DNA of 64,000 nucleotides, from assembly GCF_048593235.1 (NCBI RefSeq), contig NC_133620.1, forward strand, positions 98,706,852 to 98,770,851. The letters run 5' to 3'. Positions 28,205 through 40,330 of this stretch are shown here, one piece after another. How positions within the stretch are numbered: the stretch's first letter is position 1; each line of letters opens with the position of its first letter. Source of the DNA: Sminthopsis crassicaudata. Lineage: Eukaryota. A program made the translations under genes and the position numbers. The notes under the pieces were generated by a model. The model was not told the DNA's origin, did not search any database, and saw nothing but the letters and a program-made list of their open reading frames with translations.

Positions 28205-28425
28205 GTTGTAATGGCTGGAGAGAACCAGCTGTGAAATTTTCGGTGGGAGCATTTGTGCCTTGGAAATTGGCAAATGCTACAAATCAAGGCTTTGCTTATT
28301 GTTTTGTTAATTGTCTAGACTTAGGAAAGTAATGGAGGAAATATTAGTGCAGATTAAATTAAACTAAATTTCACTTCTTTCTTCAGAAAATTGGTTATGA
28401 AGCATTTGCCAGCACAACTCCAACT
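28205..28425. mobile_element. hAT-Tip100-like MITE (related partial copy at ~31110-31215)
   Basis: gtgggagcatttgtgccttggaaattggcaaatgctacaaatcaaggc...catttgccagcaca; family assignment from recall. Confidence 0.55.
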
Positions 28426-31400
28426 CTTTCCCATTTGATAGCCCTTGAAATATATGAATTGGCTCTCACATTCTCATCCACTGCCAAATCTTCTCTATGA
28501 TAAATATTCATATTTCTTTCAACAAAAATCTTCATATGGGATCTTTCATAATCCTGGTTGCTCTCTAGCTTATTGATGCCTTCTTAAAGTGTGATACCCA
28601 GGGAGGCAAAATATCAGTGATGGGAGACTTCAAACTGCTAGAGACTTTTCCACCACAAGCAGAATATTTTGTACATCTCTGACTTACCCTTATTAATAAT
28701 TTCATGGCTCAGAAGGATGAGAAAGTAATGAAGGGAACTGTCCCTCTGAACATAATACTGACAAAGAGAACATGGCTACAGAGCTGGAAGTACCTTGAAA
28801 GAAGGTCATCCTCAATTATCATCCTATCATCCTAAATTAGTGATAGTCACATAGGGGAATGCTGAATATCATCATATGCTATTCAAATGATGTAATGCTT
28901 AATTAATTTTCAATGTAAATCATAATTTAAATAACATGTCTATTATGATTATAATTGAGCAGCTAGGCTTACTGAGTGGAGCATTGGGTCTAGAGACAAA
29001 AAGACCAGAATTCAGATATAATCCCACATATTTATTTGCGTATGATCTTGGCCAAATCATTTAATCTCTGCCTGCATTAAAACAAACAAACAAACAAACA
29101 AAAAAACTGGAGAAGGAAATGGTAAACCCATTCTAGAATCTTTGCCAAGAAAACACTATGGACAGCATTGAAATGCTAAAAATACATGATATTAGAAGAT
29201 AAGCCTCTTGGGTCAGAAAGACCTGGTACACTTAGGGTCACAAAGAGTTGGACATGACTAAATAACTGGGCAACAACAACTATTATGATTACTGTTATTA
29301 TTGCTATATATAATCCCATTACCTAAGGTTCTAAAAAGGAAGATGACTCCAGGGATGAAAAGCAATGTGATTTGGAAGAAAGAACACTAGACTTGGAGTC
29401 AATAGGTTCATATCCTCATTTCCTGGCTTAGCTGCTTCCTAGCTGTAAATAAACAAACAAACAAACAATTAACTAACTAAATAAATAAGACCGTTAATCT
29501 CTCTGATTATTGTTTCTTTGTCTGTAAAATGAAGGTTGTAGAATCAAAGAAATAGTGATCCTCTGATATTTCAATTCAACCAGAGTTTTAAACATCTACT
29601 GAATGAAAAACCTTACCTTATAGGAAAGACCAAGTTTTAAAAAACATATTGTAATGATAAATGTAGAAATGTATTTAGAAGAATTGCACATATTTAACCT
29701 ATATTGACATACTTGCTGTCTAGGGGAGGTGGGAGATGGGAAAGGAGGGAGAAACATTTAGAACAGAAGATTTTGCAAAGGTGAGTATTGGAAACTATCT
29801 TTGCATGTACTTTGAAAAATAAAAAAGCTTTTATTATTTAAAAAACTATATTGCAAATTGTAAAACGTTAAATACATGTAATTTGAGCTTTTACCATTGT
29901 TTTCGCCCTTCAGTTTATGAACATGAAAAAGCAGTAAGATATACTAGAGAAAACACTAGAGCCAGGAGAAAAACTAGGGCTCTAAGTCTAGTATAATCTT
30001 GGATGAATCATTCATTTCTCTGAGCCTGTCAACTTTTTTTTTTTTTAAAGGCATATCAAATGTTTTATTTATTTTTTTCCTTAATAGTATTTTATTTTTC
30101 CAAATACATGTAAAGATAGTTTCAACATTCACTTTGTGTTCCAAATTTTTCTCTTTCCGTCCCTTACCTCCCCCTTCCTCAAGACAGCAAGCAATCTGCT
30201 ATAGGTTAAATATGTGCAATCCTTTAAAATATATTTCCATATTTGTTATGTTGTGCAAGAAAAATCAGACCAAAAGGGTTTTTTATCTGTAACATGAAAA
30301 ATTAGAACTTTCCAACTCTGCCATTATTCTGTAAGCTGAATAAGACAATGAAGCTGCATAGGAAACTCTCAAATGAATATAGCTTTTTTTAACAAGTTAG
30401 ATGGATGATCATGTAACCAAGAAAAGTAACATAGTTGACTAGAAAGAATTTTGGATTTGGAGTCATATGAACTGAGTTCAAATTCTGACTTTAACTGATT
30501 TCCTGTATGATCTAGAGCAAAGCCTGTAACCCTTCTGGGGATTGACTTCCTTCTTTGAAAATTAGAAGATTGGATTTTATAATCTTTATGATGCCTTTGT
30601 TGTTGTTGAATTGTTTCATTTGTGTATGACTTCATAATTCATTGTGGGGTTTTCTTGCAAAGATACTGGAGTGGTTTGCCATTTCCTTCCCCAGCTCATT
30701 TTACAGATGAGAAAACTGAGCCAAACAGGATTAAGTGTCTTCCTCAGGGTCACCAGCTAGTAAGTGTCTGAGGGGGGATTTGGATTTGAACTTAGGAAGA
30801 TGAGTCTTCTTCACTCAAGGGTTAGCATTCTCTTTACTGTACCACCTAATCACCCAGTGGTTCCCACAAGCTTTAATTTATAATCGATCCCATTATATAA
30901 AGGTGTGGCCTAGACCCATAAGAATAGTGTCAGGAAAGCTAGAGTATGCTAAAGTTTCAAAAAATGATAAGGACAATTTTTTTAAAGTTTCAGGTTTGTT
31001 TGGTCATTTTCAGCTATGAAAGAGCAAAGAAAAACAAACAAAGATCCAGGCAGATGGCCCAATGCTAGCAGATGACAGAGAAAGCAGAACAACCTCATCC
31101 TATTTGGGTATTCTGGAGCCAGCTCCTCCCAGCTCCAGAGACCAGATTATTAAATTCTTAGTGTGAGCATTGGTATCTCCAAAACTGGGAAATGCTTCAA
31201 ATCAGGGCTTAACTTAGTGTTTTCTGGATTAGAAATGATACTAAGGAGAATAAAAATAATGAAAACAGACAGGATGGATCTGGAGAGGAGATCTGTGCTG
31301 GAGACAACACAATTGTGAGGGACAAATAGGTATCTAAATAGGTATCTAAATGAAGAGAAGATACCAAAGACGTGGAAAAAGCCTGGGCATTATTGATTAA

Positions 31401-31739
31401 CAAATAAGAGAGAATTGAGGGTATTCAGAAAAATCAACTACTATTCTATATGACTATTGTCTCATTTTAATAAAAACTTTAGGAGGGTCATCTATATATG
31501 TGAATTCAAAGCATCTTTCATGGGAGTATTAGTAGAAAACAAGCTGGTTTTCACAAATTAAGTTTAGTGATAGACCACATTTTCCCCATTAAGATTGACT
31601 GAGAGATAGATCCAAGAATAATTACTTTTGCTTGATTACTTTCTACTAAGTGAACAAAATTCTGCCTTATAACTTTTGCATCATCTTTCCCTTTCATATA
31701 TTAAGATCAATCAAGATTTCTTAGAAGATGTAACCACAA

Positions 31740-32300
31740 AAATAGCTCTGTTTAATGACCCTCTGATGAGATAGATACAGATATTTAGATCTTAGAGTAG
31801 GCATGAAAACAGGGTATCTATGCTCAACAAAAGTAGCCAGTATTCTGATGGAGGAGATCCAGTGCAGAGTGCAGGCCCAGAGAGGGTTCCATGGGGATGG
31901 CAAGGTCCTTCACATGCTCCTGTTTACAAGTGACATTGTATTGATTACATCAAGCCTCCAGACAAAACTTACTATCTATTCATTCTGGAAAGACCAAATG
32001 GATAAAGAATATCTCTTTGTCCAGGTTTCAGCTTACATTTGAATGGATATCCTACAGAATATAGAAAATAGGATGAATAATGGTCTCATAGTTGAAGAAA
32101 AAAGGAGAGAGGGCTAGGCTGCTTCTGGCGAATCACAAAGCACTTTTACTGCCCCCAAACCTCCCACAATAGCAAAGTCCTGTCTTTTCAGTGTAAACAT
32201 TTTGTTGGTTTTGTCTTATGGAAGTGAAACTTGGAACACTATTGCCTCTGAAAAATGAAAAATGAGTATCCCATGGAAGGCAATGGAAAGGCTGCTCTAT
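31740..32300 (+). mobile_element. RTE LINE reverse-transcriptase remnant
   Basis: ORF 31803-32042 contains DGKVLHMLLFTSDIVLITSSLQT (RTE LFADDIVLI motif); downstream LSYGSETWNT-like segment. Confidence 0.75.
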
Positions 32301-33499
32301 AGACCCAGAAAGGAATCTTGAAGAAAGACAAGGATGAAGGAGGTGATAAAAGAATTGCCAGGCAAGAAATCCTGGATTTCAGCAAGACATTGGACATATA
32401 CTCTCATGATATCCTCTGGTCAACAAACTTGCCCAAATAAAGTGGGTTAATAGATCAACGTCATCAGTGAATGTTCAGCTCCTTAAGCACGGAAGCCTTT
32501 GAGGGAACTTGCAGAATAATAAGCAGATTTTCATCCCTGTCTTGCCTTCCTAGTGGTCTGACTAAGCTCCAAATAGTCCCCAATTTTTTCACCCTACCCC
32601 ACTCACTCCTCCCATCCCAACAAACCTGAACTGCCAGACTTCTACCAGAGACTATGTATCCCATGATACTCATACAGACTTGATAGTGTTCCCTGGGACC
32701 AGCTCCAATGGCAAGGAGCCAGAGAAAACACGAACCCTCATACATGGATAAACTGGAGAGCAATCCCCACTTGGCTGGGGGTAGACTCAGTGCATCTAGT
32801 GCCTGTCCATTGGGTTTACACTGCAGAACTTACTTTTCCATGCCAGACTGAAGAGCCTGGATGAAATTACCGGGGGATGCTTGTATCTTCCCTAGATGGT
32901 TATTACTTTGCAGGAAATTCTGCTCAGGCAGTCTCCCTGAATTGGTAATATAGTTTATGCCTACTGTACAAGCCTTGTTTATATTCTTCTCACCTAACAA
33001 GTGATAGGAGAGATTTCCCTTGCCTGATATCAACTTGAAGGGTCTCTTGTGGGATGCCAAATGTCTCTTCCTGCTTCTCCATAGAACCCTAGAATCAGAG
33101 ATTATTAGATCTGGAAGGGACCTCAAAGATTGTATAATCCAACCTCTATCATTTTATGGGTTGGGAAACTGAGGCAGTTTAGAAGCAGCTCAGAAGGACC
33201 TGAATTTAAATCTGGCCTTGCATACTCACTATAATATGATTGTAGGCTAGTCATTTAATCTCTATCTTCCTCAATTTCTTCAACTATAAAATGGGGATAA
33301 TAATACTCATAGTCTTGATGTGAGGATCAAATATTTCTAGAAGATTTAGCATGGTGCTTTGCATATAACAGGAGCTTAATAAATGTTTATTTCTTTCCTT
33401 CCTTCTGCTTAGAGAGATTAAGCAATGTACCCAGAGTCATTTAGCTATTAAGTGGCAAATTGAAACAATAATCGCTAAATACTAAATCCTCTGTTGTTT

Positions 33500-34370
33500 T
33501 TTCTATTCAGCATTTTTATCAATGGCTGGGATGAAAGTAAATGGAATGCTTATCAATTTTTCTATAAACATGAAGATGAAAGGATTGTTAGAGATCAGAA
33601 TCAAGATTTTAAATAATTTCAACAAGTTGAAAAGGTAGATTGAGAGAGTCAATATGAAATTTAAATGCAAAGTCCTGCAGTCAAGGGAAAGAAACATAGA
33701 TGAATGGGACATGACTTTTCATGTGAAAAGATCTGGAGATTTTAACTATGCTCAGTTTGACTCAATTTCCCCACAAACTAATGTCATCTCAGGTAGATTA
33801 ACTGTAGTGTAATGCTACAAATAAGGGAGGAAATATTCAGTTCTTCAGTCTACACATACAGAACAATCTGTTCAATTCTGAGCAAAATCGAATTGTTTTG
33901 AGCAGGAATTTTTAACTTGAGCTCCCTTAAGAAGTCAGTGGATAGGTTTCAGATGATCTATGAACTTGGATGGAAAAAATCGCATCTCATTTTTTTCTTC
34001 AATAATCTCTAACTAAAATTTAGGATTACCCTCAATTCAGAATGTGACAACAAGCTTTATTCTAAGGGGTCTCTAGGTTTCACCAGAATGCCCAAAGGGT
34101 TAATGACATAAAACAGTTAAGAACTGATTTAAAGGGACATCAACAAGTTGAGTTCATCCAGAAAGAACAAGCAGGATAGTGAGAGATCTGGAAATGGCAT
34201 TGTTGAGAAACTGGGGGTGTTTATCCTGGAGAAGAAAAGACCTAGTTATTTGGGAGTGGAGAGGTTATGATAGCTTTCATAGGTGGAAGAGGGATTAGGT
34301 TTAAATTGTGTTCCTTAGTCTAGAGAGTAGAGAAGATTTATTTGATGTAAGAAAATGCTCTTTCAAACCT
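33500..34370 (+). mobile_element. CR1/L3 RT-3' remnant interrupted by a hAT MITE at ~33903-34129
   Basis: aaatttaaatgcaaagtcctgc...gaaaagatctggag and gttcatccagaaagaacaagcaggatagtg; MITE termini caggaatttttaac / gttaagaactg. Confidence 0.65.
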
Positions 34371-36494
34371 GAGACTACATAATGACTATATAATATGTGA
34401 GTACATAATATCTTTCATGTTACTTGATGCAGGTCCCTAGAATTTCACTCAAGTTCATGCACTTGATATTTACTTATAATCCTCCATTTTCTTTCTTTAA
34501 ATCTATTTGCTTATTTTGTACCAGACAGGCAAAAACAGTCCCTACCTTAAGGAGTTCACAATCTAATGGAGAAAACATTCAAACAACCAAATACACTTAT
34601 CCTTCCATAAGTCACTCAACACAATTACATGAGAACACATTGTAAAAGTGAAATGGGAAATGGACTTAAGATAGCAAAGCAATATATAACACAGAAGATT
34701 GCAATAAACAGAAACCAATTTCAAAGAAGGATAGTACCTCCACACACCTGCCTCCTAGGAGATGGATTTAGTTTAGAGAAAGGATTTAGTTAAACAGAAG
34801 ATCTCAGCTCCTGTTTAGCCACCCTGGACCATTCTGCCCCCTTTCAGATATCTCCCGGGAGCACTAATTAACTTCTCACCGAATTCTCTCCTATATCCAC
34901 ACAGCATAATACAGTTAGCCAGTCAGTCAGCTTACATTTATTATTGCTTATTATCTGCTAAGGGATAACGTTAATTAAATAACACTGATGTGAGTGGTTA
35001 TTGTCAACAGCAGTCCTTCACAGAGGTACTTCTTCTTTTATCTCATTCAGCAGTCTGAGGTGTGAAGTCTAGTAAACATAGCAAGTCTGGCATCCTTACA
35101 TGCTTCCCCAGACTTCATCTATCTCTGAATCTTCATCCTTGTCTAAACAACTATCACCATTTCTTCTCTTCTCTCTGCCTCTCTTGCGATTTTGCTTTTG
35201 ATATTTTAACACCTCCTACGCTCACAGACATTCCCATGCTGAGCCCAGCACAACCCCCTGGCATATGCACTAGGGCTTCTCTCCCAAATAACAAGTCATC
35301 CTGAGCCCCAAAGCATTGTGGGAATATTATATTTTACAAAGGAGAAATCCCTTATGATAATACAATGAAAGACATTGAAGAATGAGTGGGTAAGGCAGTC
35401 ATTAAATTATGACTGCCATGATTAATTGCATAGCATCTATTTTCTTGGTTTCTATGACCTTTCTTATAATGTATAACAATTTATTTGCTTCTTAGCAGTT
35501 TGTAACTGCAAGTGCTATCTTTTTTTTTTAATAATCTAAAAAAATTGATGGTGCTTGCTAGAATATATACATACATACATATTTATACAGGGTATCCCAA
35601 AAGTCTTAGATTACATTAGGTATAGTTTAAATATATTTGTTTCATGAATAATTAAGGTTTTTGTCCTTAATGTGTTGGAAGCTTATACCTCATCTCCTAT
35701 AACATTAGTCAGATATAGAATACAAGATGGGGGGAGTCATAACTACCTCCACAAAGCACTGATTATCACTTGAGACAATAACTCAAAAACTTTATGGAAA
35801 GCAATTCAAAAGGAGCCCTAACATCATAGAGAAGTGTCCATTTAGGCCCTATCAGACTCCTATGATCATCTGGGATCATAGATCTGCTCCTGTAACTGCC
35901 TTAACCAGTGGACCTCTCACTGGACTTCTGTACTTTTTGAAGACACACCACCCTGAAAAGAGTATCTGGTCACTTAGGAAAAGAAACACAAAGCAGAAAA
36001 GCCCGCCAGGTGCTCAAGAGCAGAATTATCAGGCTGACTCATCCACCTACAAGGGACAGTCAAACAAAAGAGCACAATACCTGTTGTTACATGGTAAGGT
36101 TACAACCAACAGAATCAAACAGAAGGGAGTTATCCGTTCTTGTAATTAAGACAGCTCTTAGCACATTTTTCTGTCACTCATGAGGGTGGGGGGATGACCA
36201 AGAGGACACTCACCACATTTATACTAACAAGGATTTAAATACCTACTATGTCCCAGACACTGTGTTAATTGCCTTATACATATCATTTCATCTGATCCTC
36301 ACAAACCCAAGAGGTAGGTGCTATTATTATCCTTATTTTACAGTTGGGGAAACTGAGGCACAAAGTAGTTGAGTGACTTTCCAGGGTCACACAGCGAGTG
36401 TCTGAAGCTGGATCTTTTTGACTTCAGGTACAGCAATTTTCTCATCATATACCTAGCAGCCATCAATTTGGAGAAGCATTTGGTACTACTGAGT

Positions 36495-37062
36495 GGTATG
36501 TGAATGTTATGGAATATTATTGTTCTATAAGAAACAATCAGCAAGATAATTTTAGAGAGGCCTGGAGAGACTTACGTGAACTGATGCTGAGTGAAATGAG
36601 CAGAACCAGGAGATCATTATACACAACAACAAGATTATATGATGATCAGTTCTGATGGACGTGGCTCTTTTTCAATAATGAGATGATTGAGACCAATTCC
36701 AATGATCTTGTGATGAAGAGAGCCATCTATATCCAGAGAGAGGACTGTGGAAACTGAATGTGGACCACAACATGGCATTCTTACTCTTTTTGATGTTGTT
36801 TGTTTGCATTTTGTTTTCTTACTCATTAAGATTTTCTTATGCAGGAAGATAATTGTATAAATATGTTTACATATATTGGATTTAACATATATTTTAACAT
36901 GTATAACATATACTAGATTGCTTGCCATCTAGGGGAGGGGGTGGGGAAAGAAGGGGAAAATTTGGAACACAAGGCTATGCAAAAATCAGTGTTGAAAAAT
37001 TATCCATTCATATATTTTGAAAATAAAAAGCTATAATAAAAAACAAAATAAAACAAAAAATA
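36495..37062 (+). mobile_element. L1 3' fragment
   Basis: gttatggaatattattgttctataagaaac...gaaaataaaaagctataat plus A-rich tail. Confidence 0.85.
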
Positions 37063-37844
37063 ATTCTAAATGAGAAAGAAAAACTCCATAAATTCATTTA
37101 GAGAGTTCTTATTGCAATTGTTTTAATGAGTTGCCCTAATTTAAATAATGAAGAAAAATTTGATAATATTGCTCATAGTTAATCTTGGCACCAGTCATCA
37201 GTCTAGTCCTTGGATTGCCAAGTTAAGTCAACAAACATTTATTAAACATCTATTTGCTTATTATATGCCAGACAGGCAAAAACAGTCCCTACCTTAAGGA
37301 GTTCACAATCTAATGGAGAAAACATTCAAACAATCATGTACAAGCAATATATAGATCAGAAAAGTTGAAGATAATCTCAGAGGGACAGCACTAATACTGA
37401 GGGAGATGAGGGATTCTGGATGACGATTGAAGGAAGCCAGTGAAGCCAGAAATGAGAGATGAGAAAAGAGAGCATTCCAGTCATAGAGGATAAAAGTTTA
37501 CAGAGCTGAAGACAGCTCATATTGGACAGGCAGCAAGGAGGCCTGTGTCATTGGACGTTACATATGTATCAGGAGAGGAATAAGGTGTAAGAAGATTGGA
37601 AAGGTAGGAAAAGGCCAGTTTAGCAAGAGCTTTAAAAGCTAAACAGAGGATTTTATATTTGAACCTGAAGATAATTGGGAGCTAGTGGAATTGGAAACTA
37701 GACTGAAGATAGTTAAGCAGAAAGTAAGAAGAAAGGAGACAGCCACCAGCTGTTTAACCAAGAAAAGTAGGAGAGATAAAAGATTATAGTACGGATGGAT
37801 AAATAGGGATGGATAAACTCAAGTGATGGGCTTTTAAAAATATA

Positions 37845-40330
37845 TAAATTTTTTTTTAATTTCTGAATTCTCTCACTCCTTTCAACCCCTTTCCCATCCA
37901 TTGAAGAAGGAAGCAATATGAAATAAATTATATGTGTGAAATCATGAAAACATATTACCATATTAACTATGTTGCAAAAAGGCAAGAAAAATGAAGAAAA
38001 AGGAAAGTTATAATTTAATCTGAATTCAGAGTTCACTATTTCTCTGGAGATGGATAACCTCTTTTATAATGAGTCCTTTGAAATTGTCTAGGATTATGAT
38101 ATTAGAGTAGCTGAGTCTTTAACAGATGATCAACATTACAATATTGCTGTTATTATGAACAATGTTCTCTTGGTTCTGCTCACTTCTCTGTATATCAATT
38201 CATATAAGTCTTCCCAGGTTTTTTTGATGCTATCTTGCTTGTCATTTCTTATAACACAATAGTATTCTATCATAATCATATATCACAACTTGTCTGGTTA
38301 TTCTACAATCGATGGGCATCCCCTCAATTTCCAATTCTTTGCCACCACAAAAATAAGATAGATTTCTATACCCATCTATGTGTACATATATTCTTCCATC
38401 TTTGAATCAATTCTAATGAGAGTGAGGTCAAGTATTGCCCTTCTATTTTTTCCTTTCTGCTATAAAAGCTGTTCCTTATACACCTCTTTTTGTGAGATAA
38501 TTCTTCCTCATTTTTTTCTTCCTTCCCTCTTCTCCCAGTAAATCACTTTTTTTCATTCCTTAGGGTTTTTTTTTAAATTATCCCAATATAATCTACTCAT
38601 ATCTATGCTCTCTATTATTAACTTTTTAGGAGTTATATGTATCATCTTCCAATATGGGAATATAAATTTTAATTTTAAGTCCCTTATGGTTTCACTTTTC
38701 ATATTTATCTTTTTATGATCCTTTTGAATCTTGTGATTAAATGTCAAATTTTTATTTCAACTCTGTTCTTTTCATCAGGGATATTTGAAATTAAATATCC
38801 ATTCCCCTTCCCCCAAAAGATTATATTCAGACTTGCTGGGTAGATAATTCTTGGTTTAAAATTCTAGCTTTTACCTTCTGCTCCATGATGCATGAATAAT
38901 TTCTTTCTAGTTCCTTGCAATCTTTTTTCTTGATCTGGGAGTTCTGAAATTTATATTCCTGTTTCATTTTGGGATCCCTTTCAGGAGATGATTGATGAGT
39001 TCTCTGAGTTTCTATTTTACCTTCTAATTATAAGATTTTGGAGCAGTTTTCCTTTGTAATTTAAAAAAAAAAAAACATGTCTAGGCTATTTTTTAAAGAA
39101 ATCAGTTTTTAATTCACTGAATGATTTTTAAATTCTCTCCTTAATCTAATTTCCAAATTTATTATTTTTCCATTGGTTTTTTTTTCACTTTTTTGTTCTA
39201 TTTTTAATTCTTTTGACTTTGTTTTATTGCCTCTTGATATGTCATGGACTCATTAGTTTCTGCTTACCCAATTTTAATTTCTAGGGAGTTATTTTATTCA
39301 GGGAGCTTTTATACTTCTTTTTCCTTTTAGCCAATTCTATTTTTAAGGAGTCATTTTCTTCAGTTGTTTTTATTCTATTTATTCTCTTTTCATAATTTTC
39401 TTGCCCAAGTGCCATTTCTTTCCCCAATTTTTTGTCTAATCCTAATTTTTTTCTTTAACTCTTCCAGGAATTCTTGTTGGCCTTGTGTCCAATTTGCAGG
39501 GTTTTTAAACTTGAATCATTTTTACTTTGTTTTCTACTGAATTTGTGCCTCAGTCTTACCTGCAACATTTTATGGTCAGGTTCTTTTTGTTGTTGTTTGA
39601 TAACTTTTCCAGTTTGTTTCTTGACTTTGAACTTTATGTCAAAATTGAGCTTTGCTTAGCTGGGTGTGGAATGTACTATCCTAAGTTTCAGGCTTTTTTA
39701 TGCTGATATTTTCAGAGCTAGTTCTGGGGTCTGGTAAATTTCCAGTGCTTCTAAGGAAATGTGATTTGGGGAGTAATGTGGCCACTACTCTTCTGGTCCA
39801 TGCTCTGGTCTTTATTCAGAAAGAACCCCTGCTTTTTGGTAGCTACAAGTGCCAGTTTCTCTCTGCCCTGGAAGTGCAACCCAGAACTGCCTATAGGAAA
39901 TGGAGTAACCCAAAAACTCTGGCTCCTGCACCCACTGTCAGTTCAGAGTTTTCTGTAATCTTTTTCTAACCAGTTGTCTGAGCCCTCTTATGATCTTTGG
40001 TTTGAGAACTTGCAAACTGCTGTCTCAGATACATACACACTGATTCTGTCACCACTGTGTGTGCTCCAGGCTGTTTCACATTCTAGTATCACAGACCTCT
40101 CCTACTGACTTCCTAAGTTGTCTTAGACTAGAAAAATGAGTTGAAAAAATGTCTCAACCCAACTTTTGTTAGCTATGTTGCTCCAGGATTCAATTTTACA
40201 TGATGTTTTAAGTTTATTCGGAGGGGAAATTTGGAAGAAATTGACTGGGCTGCTGCCTCTGCCATCTTGGCTCAGGTGAAGGACTTTTTGAGGATGGGAA
40301 AGATATGAGAATCTGAGGCAGCAGGGAAGC
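37845..40330 (-). mobile_element. Old L1: 3'UTR piece abutting ORF1 and 5'UTR region, ORF2 largely absent
   Basis: 3'UTR at ~37845-38360; degenerate ORF1-like sequence at ~38800-39650; 5'UTR-like sequence at ~39650-40330. Boundaries approximate. Confidence 0.6.

Noticed and set aside
32693-32704. 12-mer AGCTGGTCCCAG (SWSQ) resembling CHI3L1 exon 3
   Set aside because: Flanks do not align to LVCYY or YREGDG, and there is an upstream in-frame stop; consistent with chance.
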